A stretch of DNA of 59,018 nt, filler included. It is 9 parts of 9 records of this genome, joined end to end, with 100 filler letters (N's around TTAATTAATTAA, not from the genome) between each part and the next. Parts side by side here need not be neighbours in the genome. Positions count along the whole stretch, not along the records: positions 24,227 to 29,506 come from SRR31156797_15100; positions 29,607 to 35,675 come from SRR31156797_15102; positions 35,776 to 43,529 come from SRR31156797_15114; 6 more parts are not named here. One strand, given 5' to 3'. The position numbers and the translations under genes are program-made. How positions within the stretch are numbered: the first letter of the stretch is position 1; every line of letters begins with the position of its first letter. The notes below the pieces were generated by a model that had not been told where the DNA came from, searched no databases, and saw only the letters and a list, made by a program, of their open reading frames with translations. Positions 29,054 through 38,317 of the stretch are shown in pieces.

Positions 29054-29506
29054 ATGACCTTATACCTGAAAGATGCAACCTTTATTGATTGGCAAAGTTT
29101 TGAGATACACCATACCAGCCTGGCCGTGGATTCCGGGCCAACCGGCGCCCTGCGGCTATCTTGTAATATCCCGAAGATCGACCAGTGCGGTCCTGGGGAT
29201 CGAATCATTGATTGCAAAGGTAAATATGTCACAAAATCCTTTGGTTGCGGCCATCATCACATCTATTCGACCCTGGCCCGAGGAATGCCGGCCCCCCGTA
29301 TAGCTCCCAGGAACTTTACTGAAATTCTTGAATACGTCTGGTGGCATATAGACAAGCGCCTGGATCTGGAGATGATAGAGGCCAGCGCCTTTGCCTCAGC
29401 CATTGATTGCGCCAAAAACGGGGTGACCTTTGTCATTGACCATCATGCCTCCCCCTTTGCCCTGGAAGGCTCTCTTGAGACCATTGCCAAGGCCTTTGAC
29501 CGTGTG
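29054..29506 (+). CDS. SsnA-like amidohydrolase, 3' truncated
   Basis: CGHHHIYSTLARG, EILEYVWW, GVTFVIDHHASP. Confidence 0.85.
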
Positions 29507-29606
29507 NNNNNNNNNNNNNNNNNNNNNNNNNNNNNNNNNNNNNNNNNNNNTTAATTAATTAANNNNNNNNNNNNNNNNNNNNNNNNNNNNNNNNNNNNNN
29601 NNNNNN
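29507..29606. other. artificial contig linker
   Basis: N44-TTAATTAATTAA-N44. Confidence 0.99.
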
Positions 29607-30281
29607 GATAACAAAGGATTCACTCTTTTGGAACTAATGCTTGCGCTGACCATTACCGCCATGATCGGGGTTATTATCCTGGGTGCATTCCGGATCGGTA
29701 TCCGGGCATGGGAAAAAGGTGAGCGGGATACCGAAAAACATCAGCGGCAGCGGATGGTTCTCAACATGATGCGGGAACAGATTGTGGCAATCAATTTGCC
29801 TAAAATAGAAAACAATGACCAACCCCCTTTTTTGCTTCAGGGGGATGCGCAGAATCTTGAACTGGTGTCCCGACGGTCGCTGCTCAATGCCGACGGGGAT
29901 GAAATGGTGAAAGTCCGTTATGCGGTGCATTCACAGGAGACGGAAGAACGGGAGCAGTTGTTGTATCTTGAAACGAATAAATTATGGATGCGTGACCATG
30001 CCGACGGCAGTGGTAATGAGAGGGCCGAAGCGGATGTTCATGAGTTGATTCAGGACGCATATCGCATTCATTTTGAATATCTCGATAGAAAGGATGTTTC
30101 CGGTATTGAAGAAGTTGAAGATGCAGTGGACTATTTCACCTGGCTACCGGAATGGAACTCGGAACAGAATGCCGGTTTTCCCAGGGCCGTGCGTATTACC
30201 TTGATACCGGAACCCGATACGCCGCCATTCAGGGTGATCGCACGGATCACGGTTGAGCAGCCTTCTTTTGGAGCCGATTGA
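29607..30281 (+). CDS. gspJ: type II secretion minor pseudopilin GspJ-like, start just off the contig
   Basis: Prepilin cleavage motif KGFTLLELMLAL at the contig edge; C-terminal PRAVRI; precedes gspK. Confidence 0.8.
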   Translation, partial: DNKGFTLLELMLALTITAMIGVIILGAFRIGIRAWEKGERDTEKHQRQRMVLNMMREQIVAINLPKIENNDQPPFLLQGDAQNLELVSRRSLLNADGDEMVKVRYAVHSQETEEREQLLYLETNKLWMRDHADGSGNERAEADVHELIQDAYRIHFEYLDRKDVSGIEEVEDAVDYFTWLPEWNSEQNAGFPRAVRITLIPEPDTPPFRVIARITVEQPSFGAD

Positions 30282-30309
30282 AAAAATGAAATGTAGTCGA
30301 ATCCACAGA

Positions 30310-31311
30310 ATGCTGTCAATAAGCAATAACCAAAGCGGTGTCGCCTTGTTTATGGTTCTCTGGGTCCTGATGCTGCTTTCGGTGATTGTGGGGGAATTCT
30401 GCAGTGCGATGCGTACCGAGGTAAACATCACCCGCAATTTCAAGGAACAGACCCAGGCGTTATATATTGCCGAGGCCGGTTTGAACCGTGCGATTGCGGA
30501 ACTGCTCAAAAGCCGGGGAGAGCCGATATCGGCGGAAAATCCCGATACGGCCGGCAATGATAAGGATCTCTGGCGAATCAATTCGAAGATCGGCCCGGTT
30601 CCCTTTGCACAAGGAGGCTTTGAAATCCGGATCAATAACGAAAGCGGTAAAGTCAATCTGAATCGCGTCGGAAAACCGTTGCTGCGTCAGATGCTGAGCC
30701 GTTTTGATCTGACGGACAGGGAAAAGGATGTGATCGTGGATTCGATCCTGGACTGGCGTGATTCGGACAGTCTGCACCAGCTGAACGGTGCTGAAAATGA
30801 TTATTACCACAACCTGCCGGAACCGTATGATTGTAAAAATGGTGATTTCGATTCAGTTGAGGAGTTGCTGTGGGTCCGGGGGGTTACCAGGGAACTTTTT
30901 CAGGGCGGCCTGAAGTCCATTGTCAGCGTGGTGGCGCCGTCTGCTACCGCTTCGGCCAACCGCCGGCAGTCAGATTCCCAAAGCGCCGTTTTTAATTATA
31001 ACCGAATTAATCTCAATGCGGCCGCCCCCCGCATGCTGCTGTCACTGCCGCTGATGACGGAGGAACTGGTTCAGTCGATTGTCGACTATCGGCAAAAAAG
31101 TGATTTCAGATCGCCGGGAGATTTTGCTGAGATTGTCGGTTCGGAGGTTTATGCGGCTGCCACACCGTATCTTTCCGTTCAGAACACACCCTGGTATACG
31201 ATTCAGGCCGTCGGACGCATTGACGGCAGCCGGACCGAAAAAGGTGTCCAGGTATTGCTGGAACTGGACACTGTTAAGAACAACAGCTGTCGGATTCTGG
31301 AAAGGAGATAG
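30310..31311 (+). CDS. gspK: type II secretion pseudopilin GspK
   Basis: QSGVALFMVLW, ESGKVNLN, ILDWRDSD, GAENDYY, INLNAA. Confidence 0.92.
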   Translation: MLSISNNQSGVALFMVLWVLMLLSVIVGEFCSAMRTEVNITRNFKEQTQALYIAEAGLNRAIAELLKSRGEPISAENPDTAGNDKDLWRINSKIGPVPFAQGGFEIRINNESGKVNLNRVGKPLLRQMLSRFDLTDREKDVIVDSILDWRDSDSLHQLNGAENDYYHNLPEPYDCKNGDFDSVEELLWVRGVTRELFQGGLKSIVSVVAPSATASANRRQSDSQSAVFNYNRINLNAAAPRMLLSLPLMTEELVQSIVDYRQKSDFRSPGDFAEIVGSEVYAAATPYLSVQNTPWYTIQAVGRIDGSRTEKGVQVLLELDTVKNNSCRILERR

Positions 31312-31314
31312 CAT

Positions 31315-32721
31315 TTGATTTTACAATCCGGTTTAGGCATTGATATTACGGATCGCTACGTTGCCTTCGTCTTTAATAAGGCCACCTTCAGAGGCATTAA
31401 AACTCAAGCGCATGCCGTTTGCCTGTTTAATGATAACCAACCTCCGGAAAGCAGGCTGAAAACAGCAGCGACGTTTATCAATGACTTTATCCAGTCTCAG
31501 GAGATAACATCCACCGACATTTTTATGGGTATCCCCAGGGAACCGGCCATAGTCAGGACGGTCGTTCTCCCACTGGCCGTCAAAGAAGATCTTCGTTCGA
31601 CCCTGACATACGAGATGGAAAAATATGTTCCTATTCCTGTTGGAGATGTTGTTTTTGATTATCAAATTCTGAGTGAAGACAAAGCGCTCAATCAACTGAA
31701 GCTGCTGCTGACGGTTATCAAAAAAAGCGACCTGGAACCGTATCTGGCGTTGATCCGCGAATGCGAGATCGGCGTTTCAGGCCTGGAAATCCGTTCGACG
31801 GCCTTGGTTAACCTTGTTTCATCATCCCTAAAGACAGTATCGCCTCATTATGCAGAGACCCTTGTTTACATTGACGATCACGGTTTCGAGATCAATCGTA
31901 TGGAGGGCAAGCGCCTGACGGCTTCAAAATTGATCAGAACCGGCATTGATCCGGACACGGTGTGCAGACGATTGCAAGAAGAGATCAAGCAACCGGATGC
32001 CTATGGTGACAGGTCGGACAATCAGCCATTGGTATGGATTTGCGGACCGGGACTGAATCGGCCCCAGGGCCGTCGTTTGACGGACGATCCGGATGCCGGC
32101 CTGCAGGCGGTTTCACCCGATCAGTACCGGGTTCCCTCACAGGAGTTGATGGTGGCGGCCGGTCTGGCAATGAAAGGGGTGCATGATGTTACGATGCAGG
32201 CAAATTTTTTGCCTCTTCAGATGCGTAAAAGGCCCAGTAAAATCGGATTATATACCATGATGGTTCTTTCAGTCCTGGTTGTCCTGTCCGGAATCGCCTG
32301 GGGAGGAAGCTTTTATATGCGGCAGCGGATGGCGGTCGATACACTGAATACTGAAATTCGCCGTTTGAGCAGGGAAATTTCTTCAATTGACAGCATCAAG
32401 GTCGAATCAGATGCGATTCAACAGCGGGTTGACTATCTCGTTCAACTTCAGCATGACAGCGTCAATGTTCTTGAAGTTATGAAATCATTGACGCTCAGAA
32501 TACCGGAAACGGCCTGGATAAAGGATTTCTCCTTCAATGAAAAGGGTTTTAAAATCGACGGGCTTGCTGAATCAGCTTCGGAATTGATCCCGTTGATTGA
32601 GGAATCTCCATTGTTTCAGGACTTGGCTTTTTTGTCGGCCATCACCAAAGATAAAGAGGGTAAAGAGCGTTTCAGGATCGGTTTTACGCTCACCAGGAGC
32701 GCCGAGGGCGAGACAAAATAA
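31315..32721 (+). CDS. GspL-like protein (PilM-like cytoplasmic domain, TM, PilN domain)
   Basis: LGIDI actin-like start, EMEKYVPIP, NFLP before the TM, periplasmic PilN-like domain. Confidence 0.8.
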   Translation: MILQSGLGIDITDRYVAFVFNKATFRGIKTQAHAVCLFNDNQPPESRLKTAATFINDFIQSQEITSTDIFMGIPREPAIVRTVVLPLAVKEDLRSTLTYEMEKYVPIPVGDVVFDYQILSEDKALNQLKLLLTVIKKSDLEPYLALIRECEIGVSGLEIRSTALVNLVSSSLKTVSPHYAETLVYIDDHGFEINRMEGKRLTASKLIRTGIDPDTVCRRLQEEIKQPDAYGDRSDNQPLVWICGPGLNRPQGRRLTDDPDAGLQAVSPDQYRVPSQELMVAAGLAMKGVHDVTMQANFLPLQMRKRPSKIGLYTMMVLSVLVVLSGIAWGGSFYMRQRMAVDTLNTEIRRLSREISSIDSIKVESDAIQQRVDYLVQLQHDSVNVLEVMKSLTLRIPETAWIKDFSFNEKGFKIDGLAESASELIPLIEESPLFQDLAFLSAITKDKEGKERFRIGFTLTRSAEGETK

Positions 32722-32733
32722 AGGATATCAGGG

Positions 32734-33300
32734 TTGGTTTTGAACAGGGAAAGAAAAATTATTATCATTGTCGGCGCTATCCTGCTGATTCTGGGGCTGG
32801 TCTATCGCTTTTCCGGTGAACTCGGACAGGTTGGAAGAACAACAGATAGCAACATCATCATGAAGCGCAACAAAATCATTAAATATCAGCAACGGGCTCA
32901 GCAGCAGAAGGCTCTTGAAAGCCGGCATCTGGCGCTGCGTCGAATGCTTGCGCAGCTTGAGTCGACTCTGTTGGAAGCTCAGACCCCGGCATTGGCGGCA
33001 GTCGATATCCAGAATATTTTAAGCCGGCTGGCTGAAGACAGTAAGGTCGAGATCCGGTCAATACAGGTGTTGAAAACCCGGGAGAACGAAATTTTCCCAT
33101 ATAAGGGCATTGTTATGCGAATCAACTTTACGTCCACTCTCCGGCAGCTCAAGGAGATGCTTTACCAAATCGAATCTTCCCCTAAATTTTTACGGATTGT
33201 CAATATGCACAGTCGGGTTGCCAATTCCCGGCAACCGGATCAGATCAGCTCCATAATGACAATTGAAGGCTTTATGCTAAGCCGCAATTTTAGTGAATAA
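32734..33300 (+). CDS. gspM: type II secretion protein GspM/PilO-like
   Basis: LNRERKIII plus TM, coiled coil, LYQIESSPKFL. Confidence 0.75.
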   Translation: MVLNRERKIIIIVGAILLILGLVYRFSGELGQVGRTTDSNIIMKRNKIIKYQQRAQQQKALESRHLALRRMLAQLESTLLEAQTPALAAVDIQNILSRLAEDSKVEIRSIQVLKTRENEIFPYKGIVMRINFTSTLRQLKEMLYQIESSPKFLRIVNMHSRVANSRQPDQISSIMTIEGFMLSRNFSE

Positions 33301-33352
33301 GAAACGATTAATGCTATGTTTATTTTTTTGGAAAGATAAAACGGAAAAACAA

Positions 33353-35638
33353 ATGAAATCACATATCATGCATGCCGGGTTCGCTGGATACCGTATTATT
33401 GCCGTATTAGGAATGTTTTTGATGCTGAGTGCCTGTGCCGGCGTAACACCCTCTCCCCGGAACCCGTTACCGTCTTCTGAAGAGGTCGGCCCAGAAAAAA
33501 CGGAGGATGGCAATCCGTCGTTTGAAAAAGAGATCGAAATCGATGGAAAGCATGACTACCAGCTTTACAAGACCCCTATTGGCGTTGTCAAGCATCAGGC
33601 CGATGCTTCTTTCGAACAACAGCCGGCTGCCCCCTCTTTGTCTGATCGGAATGAGGGCGTACGGAAACTTCAGCCGAATGATCCGCCTGTGGCGCCTCGT
33701 AAGCGTAGATCCATGGGAAAAAAACATAAGGTCGTCCCCCGCCGGGATACTCATATGAATGATAATGAGACCGCCGAAGTCACCGGACCGCTGACGCTGA
33801 ATTTTGATAATGCGGACCTGTATGAAGTTATCCGGACATTTGCCGAAATTTTGAAACTCAACTATATCGTCGATCCGGGTGTCAATGGAAAGGTAACCAT
33901 CCATACCAGTGGAGTGCTCAAAGGCAAAGATCTGTTTCCAGTTTTTTATCAGATTCTGGAGGTCAACGGATTTACCGCCGTCAAGGAAGGCGGTTTTTAT
34001 CGAATTGTAAAACTCAAGGACGCCGCTCGTTTACCGATACTTTCCCAATACGGAACGAACCCGGACGAAATTCATCCCAGTTTGAAAACCATTATCCAGG
34101 TCATTCCGCTGGAATATATTGCAGCCACTGAGATGACAAAGCTGTTAACGCCCTTCGTGTCCGCCGAGGGCAGTGTCCTCTCCCATGAAAATTCCAACAC
34201 ACTGGTACTGGTGGATAAGGCTGTGAATATTCTCAAGGCACTGAATCTGGTGGAAGCCTTTGATGTCGATACCCTGGAAACGGTCGGTCACCGTTTTTAT
34301 ACCCTTGAAAACAACAGTGCTGAAGAAATGGCCAAACTGCTGAACGATATTCTGAGCGCCCATGGCAGCGGCTTGAAAGGGGATTTCAAACTGGTACCTG
34401 TTGAGCGCATGAATGTTCTGCTGGCCATCAGCCGCAATATCAGGATTTTTGAGAAACTGGATTATTTTATCGAACGTCTGGATGTGGTCCGGGAAAGTGC
34501 TGAACCCCAGATTTATGTCTATTTTGTTAAAAACGGCCAGGCTGTCGATCTTTCTGATGTTCTAAATTCCATTTTCAGCAACTCGGATCAAGGTCAAAAA
34601 CGTGAACTGAGAGACAAGTCCGTAAGCCGGGAGAAGGAAAATCCCTATGCACCGTCCAATCTTTTTGACAAAAAGAATAAATCCGACAAGGAGAAACCGT
34701 CGGCCCCGCTTTCCAGCGACTTCCAGGCCTCCGGCGCCCTGAGGGGCGATGTCCGAATTACATCGGATGAAATCCGCAATGCGCTGATCATCGAAGCAAC
34801 GCCGACGGATTATCAGGTTCTGCATAAGATCCTCGAACGGCTCGATGTTATGCCCCGGCAGGTTTTGATCGAGGTGACCATTGCCGACATCACTCTGGAC
34901 GAATCAACCGATATGGGCGTTGAATGGGATTTCCTCAAAGGAAGAGAATCAGAGACGGGGCTTCTCAACGCTACGATCAACGGGGACAGCGGTCTTAACT
35001 ACACCATCGGACTGACCGAGGAATGGACCCATGCGCTGTCGGCCCTCGCCCAGGAGAACAAGGTCAACATTCTTTCCAGTCCGTCGGTACTGGCATCCGA
35101 CAACAAGGAAGCCAATATTAATGTTTCGACCCAGGTGCCGGTCGCCAGTGCGACATACAATTATGAATCGGGCGGTGACGGTGTTGTGCAGACCAATGTG
35201 CAGTATCGCGATACCGGTATCATTCTTTCCGTGACGCCTCATATCAACGATAATGGCCTGGTCAGCATGGAAATCAGCCAGGAAGTCAGCGAACAGGGCG
35301 ACGGTGTTGAAGTTCTGGGAGAACAGTACCCTTCATTTCTCGAAAGACGTGTCGATACCACCTTGACCGTCAAGCATGCCCAGACCATTGTCATTGGTGG
35401 ATTAATCACTGAAACCAGAAATCAAGGGAATTCGGGGGTTCCGGTTTTGAGCCGGCTGCCGATATTCGGATATCTGTTCGGGTCGCACAGTCAAAGTTTC
35501 AACAAGACCGAGTTGATTATTATGATCACACCCCATGTAATCGTCAGTCTGGATGATGTGGATGCCGTCACCCGGGAATTCAAGTCCAAACTCGGCAACG
35601 CGCTCGACAGCTTGGATTACAAGGAATATAAAAAATAG
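33353..35638 (+). CDS. gspD: type II secretion secretin GspD with lipoprotein signal
   Basis: LNFDNADL N0 domain, LDVMPRQVLIEV, QTIVIGGLI, KTELIIMITPHV; lipobox LSAC. Confidence 0.93.
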   Translation: MKSHIMHAGFAGYRIIAVLGMFLMLSACAGVTPSPRNPLPSSEEVGPEKTEDGNPSFEKEIEIDGKHDYQLYKTPIGVVKHQADASFEQQPAAPSLSDRNEGVRKLQPNDPPVAPRKRRSMGKKHKVVPRRDTHMNDNETAEVTGPLTLNFDNADLYEVIRTFAEILKLNYIVDPGVNGKVTIHTSGVLKGKDLFPVFYQILEVNGFTAVKEGGFYRIVKLKDAARLPILSQYGTNPDEIHPSLKTIIQVIPLEYIAATEMTKLLTPFVSAEGSVLSHENSNTLVLVDKAVNILKALNLVEAFDVDTLETVGHRFYTLENNSAEEMAKLLNDILSAHGSGLKGDFKLVPVERMNVLLAISRNIRIFEKLDYFIERLDVVRESAEPQIYVYFVKNGQAVDLSDVLNSIFSNSDQGQKRELRDKSVSREKENPYAPSNLFDKKNKSDKEKPSAPLSSDFQASGALRGDVRITSDEIRNALIIEATPTDYQVLHKILERLDVMPRQVLIEVTIADITLDESTDMGVEWDFLKGRESETGLLNATINGDSGLNYTIGLTEEWTHALSALAQENKVNILSSPSVLASDNKEANINVSTQVPVASATYNYESGGDGVVQTNVQYRDTGIILSVTPHINDNGLVSMEISQEVSEQGDGVEVLGEQYPSFLERRVDTTLTVKHAQTIVIGGLITETRNQGNSGVPVLSRLPIFGYLFGSHSQSFNKTELIIMITPHVIVSLDDVDAVTREFKSKLGNALDSLDYKEYKK

Positions 35639-35675
35639 TTCTTACAACAAACAATGAAACTAAAGACACCAACAA

Positions 35676-35775
35676 NNNNNNNNNNNNNNNNNNNNNNNNN
35701 NNNNNNNNNNNNNNNNNNNTTAATTAATTAANNNNNNNNNNNNNNNNNNNNNNNNNNNNNNNNNNNNNNNNNNNN
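35676..35775. other. artificial contig linker
   Basis: N44-TTAATTAATTAA-N44. Confidence 0.99.
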
Positions 35776-36092
35776 AGCTCTGTAAAGAACTCCTTTGATC
35801 CACTTCTTGCAATCGTTCCAATATTTTCTATCACTTCTTCCTGAGTCATGCCTATTCCATTGTCTCTAATTGTGATAGTTCCATTTTCCTTGTCTGGCTC
35901 GATCTCGATCCTAAGTTCCGCATCTTCGCCTAAAAGTGAAGGCTCTGTGAGTGATCTGAACTTAAGCTTATCTATTGCGTCACTGCTATTTGAAATAAGT
36001 TCTCTTAAAAAGATCTCTCTATTAGTGTAGATCGAGTTGATCATCAGGTCCAAAAGTTGTTTGGTTTCCGCTTTGAATTGTCTTTTTCCCAT
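35776..36092 (-). CDS. htpG: Hsp90 chaperone HtpG, 3' truncated
   Basis: [47 protein letters not shown]. Confidence 0.96.
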
Positions 36093-36123
36093 TTTTTCCT
36101 CCAAAGATTACAAATTCCGAGCT

Positions 36124-36153
36124 TTTATATAAATCCCTTTGGAGCAAAGTCAA
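36124..36153 (-). promoter_or_regulatory. sigma70-type promoter of htpG
   Basis: Minus strand TTGACT-N18-TATAAA. Confidence 0.5.
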
Positions 36154-36178
36154 CACTTGCCCTTGAACTAGTTTGATT

Positions 36179-37099
36179 TTAATTAAATTTATTAAGAAGA
36201 ATTTCCAGGTAATCCAACTCGAGCTCAACCATTTCTGTTTCATTTTTCTTAAGCCACTCATTTAGCCATGCACAGAATCTAAAGCCAAAAACATAAAGAA
36301 AAAGATCTTTTCTAAGCTTTTCACTAAAGTAATCAGTATCTTCCAGCTCTTTGATAAATGATTTGTAAAAACCTCTATTAAAAGCTGATGGATTTTCAAA
36401 GCCTAGACAGCCAACAAGATTAGCAACATCTGTAAACTCATATCTTATCCCGGAAAATTCCCAGTCAATTATTGTCTTTATGTCATTATTTTCCCAAAGG
36501 ATATTTACCGGATGAAGATCGCCGTGTGAAAAAACGAGCTTATTTTTATTCAGAGCTGGAATAAATCTTTGGGTTATAACCTTAACCACTTCTGAAACAT
36601 CTCTATTAAAAAACCTGGGATCACCAATTTTATCAATAAGTTTCAGGGTATGATCTTTAAGATCAAAAGAATCAACCGTTTCCCGTATTTTTCCAGGATC
36701 GATCTGTTTGATCAAGGCTGTTTTCTGCGCACAGTTTCTTCCCATTTCGCTATTATCAAGATAATCCGGACGCTTGAGCGGATCACTTTCAATAAAGGGC
36801 TGCACCATCCAGCATCTGTTCTTTATCTCTTCAACATTCTTTCCGTTTTTTGAAACCAGATACGGCTGACACCATTTGAAACCTGACACTGACACCGTTT
36901 CAATGTTTTGAGCTATCTTTTCCTTCCTGTCCATATTCCAGAAATGATGTTTCTCTACCAGATATTTCTTGTGCCTGTTATCTAGAACAACAAATCTATC
37001 CGAAGCTCTTTCAGGAGATCCGGGAATACTGTAATTTTGAGTCTCTTTGTAAGTTATATCCCAGAATTCAAGAACTTCTTTTATAATTGAGTTATTCAA
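36179..37099 (-). CDS. APH/homoserine kinase type II-like phosphotransferase
   Basis: Brenner motif HGDLHPVN and IDWE. Confidence 0.85.
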   Translation of the reverse strand: MNNSIIKEVLEFWDITYKETQNYSIPGSPERASDRFVVLDNRHKKYLVEKHHFWNMDRKEKIAQNIETVSVSGFKWCQPYLVSKNGKNVEEIKNRCWMVQPFIESDPLKRPDYLDNSEMGRNCAQKTALIKQIDPGKIRETVDSFDLKDHTLKLIDKIGDPRFFNRDVSEVVKVITQRFIPALNKNKLVFSHGDLHPVNILWENNDIKTIIDWEFSGIRYEFTDVANLVGCLGFENPSAFNRGFYKSFIKELEDTDYFSEKLRKDLFLYVFGFRFCAWLNEWLKKNETEMVELELDYLEILLNKFN

Positions 37100-37110
37100 A
37101 AGACCTTAAC

Positions 37111-37815
37111 CTAAAAGTTAAAACTATGCCCCACACTTCCGATCTTTGCTTCTATCCCTACCTTTTCAAGAAACATAAAAAATCTATTTGAACTGCAATG
37201 AAGAATAACAACTTTCTCAACACCGTGGTCCTTGAGCATCTGTGCAGAATTTTGAAGTTCAAAATCACTTTCCCTGAAGTTATGAAAACCGCCAACTATC
37301 ATTTTGATCTTAGCAAATTTCTCAGCTTCTTTAACAATATCTTCAAATCCTGAGTGACAACATCCAATAAAAAGAGTATTGTCTACGATCAGCGAAAGCT
37401 CTTCTATTTCCTGACTTTTTTCTTCACCTTTATATAGCCCTGAAGTCCTTATAAAGTGTATGTTCTTTTCAAAACTGCTACTTTCTTTTATCGCTCGCCC
37501 AACAAGTGCCGGAAGCTTTGGAAGCTTAAAGTCATCAGGAAAATAGACAGGACAGTTTATTCCAGTCATTGAAAAATGTCTGCTAAGCGCATTAACTCCA
37601 CCAACATGGTCGTAGTGAGAATGAGAAAGCACTGCAAGATCCACGTTCTCTACCGGCAGATTCATAAACTGCGCATTATCAAGAAACAGTGGTCCTGCAC
37701 CTGTATCAAGAAGAATGTCTCCTGAGTTATGACGGATAAAAAGAGAAAGTCCATGCTCGGCTAAAAGACCTTTTCTGCCGGCACAGTTAGTGACTAGAAC
37801 AGCAAACGCTTTCAA
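37111..37815 (-). CDS. MBL-fold metallohydrolase (COG1237-like)
   Basis: EHGLS, LLDTG, SHSHYDHVGG, GCCHSG, GGFH, HC. Confidence 0.85.
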   Translation of the reverse strand: MKAFAVLVTNCAGRKGLLAEHGLSLFIRHNSGDILLDTGAGPLFLDNAQFMNLPVENVDLAVLSHSHYDHVGGVNALSRHFSMTGINCPVYFPDDFKLPKLPALVGRAIKESSSFEKNIHFIRTSGLYKGEEKSQEIEELSLIVDNTLFIGCCHSGFEDIVKEAEKFAKIKMIVGGFHNFRESDFELQNSAQMLKDHGVEKVVILHCSSNRFFMFLEKVGIEAKIGSVGHSFNF

Positions 37816-38307
37816 CTATCTGTTAACCGTTTTGATAACTGTTTTAGTGATGTCATGTTTGTCATCAACATAAAGTGTATGCTCTTTTGCAAGGACAACA
37901 TCATAACCTTTTTTAATGGCTATTTTCATGGCTACTTTCTTAACTTTTTCAACGAAATCAGCCTGCGCCTTAACATCTTTATCAGAAAGAAGTTTCTGTT
38001 TTTCCTGATACATCTGCTGGAACTCAAGCATTTTTCTCTGATATTCTTCAGCCATTGCTCTTTTTGCTTCTTCTGTTGCCATTCCAGCTTCCTTCTTTGC
38101 TCTTTCCTGAAGCTGTCTAAGCTCTGCTTCTTTTTTCTTCAATGCATCCTGGCTTACCTGAAGCATCTTTTCCATTTTCTTCTTTTCCACCTGGATCTCT
38201 TTTGAACTTTCCCACACTTTCTGCATATCTACATAGGCAATTTTTAATGCATAAACAGGTGCAACACTCAAAAGTACAAATAACGCTACTAAAACTCTTG
38301 TTTTCAT
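37816..38307 (-). CDS. skp: periplasmic chaperone Skp/OmpH
   Basis: Signal peptide, KIAYVDMQKV, coiled coil, GYDVVL..DIT; follows bamA. Confidence 0.9.
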   Translation of the reverse strand: MKTRVLVALFVLLSVAPVYALKIAYVDMQKVWESSKEIQVEKKKMEKMLQVSQDALKKKEAELRQLQERAKKEAGMATEEAKRAMAEEYQRKMLEFQQMYQEKQKLLSDKDVKAQADFVEKVKKVAMKIAIKKGYDVVLAKEHTLYVDDKHDITKTVIKTVNR

Positions 38308-38317
38308 AATATCCCCC

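Noticed and set aside
36179-37099. Aminoglycoside resistance gene
   Set aside because: Only generic kinase-fold motifs; housekeeping operon context and no mobile-element signs.
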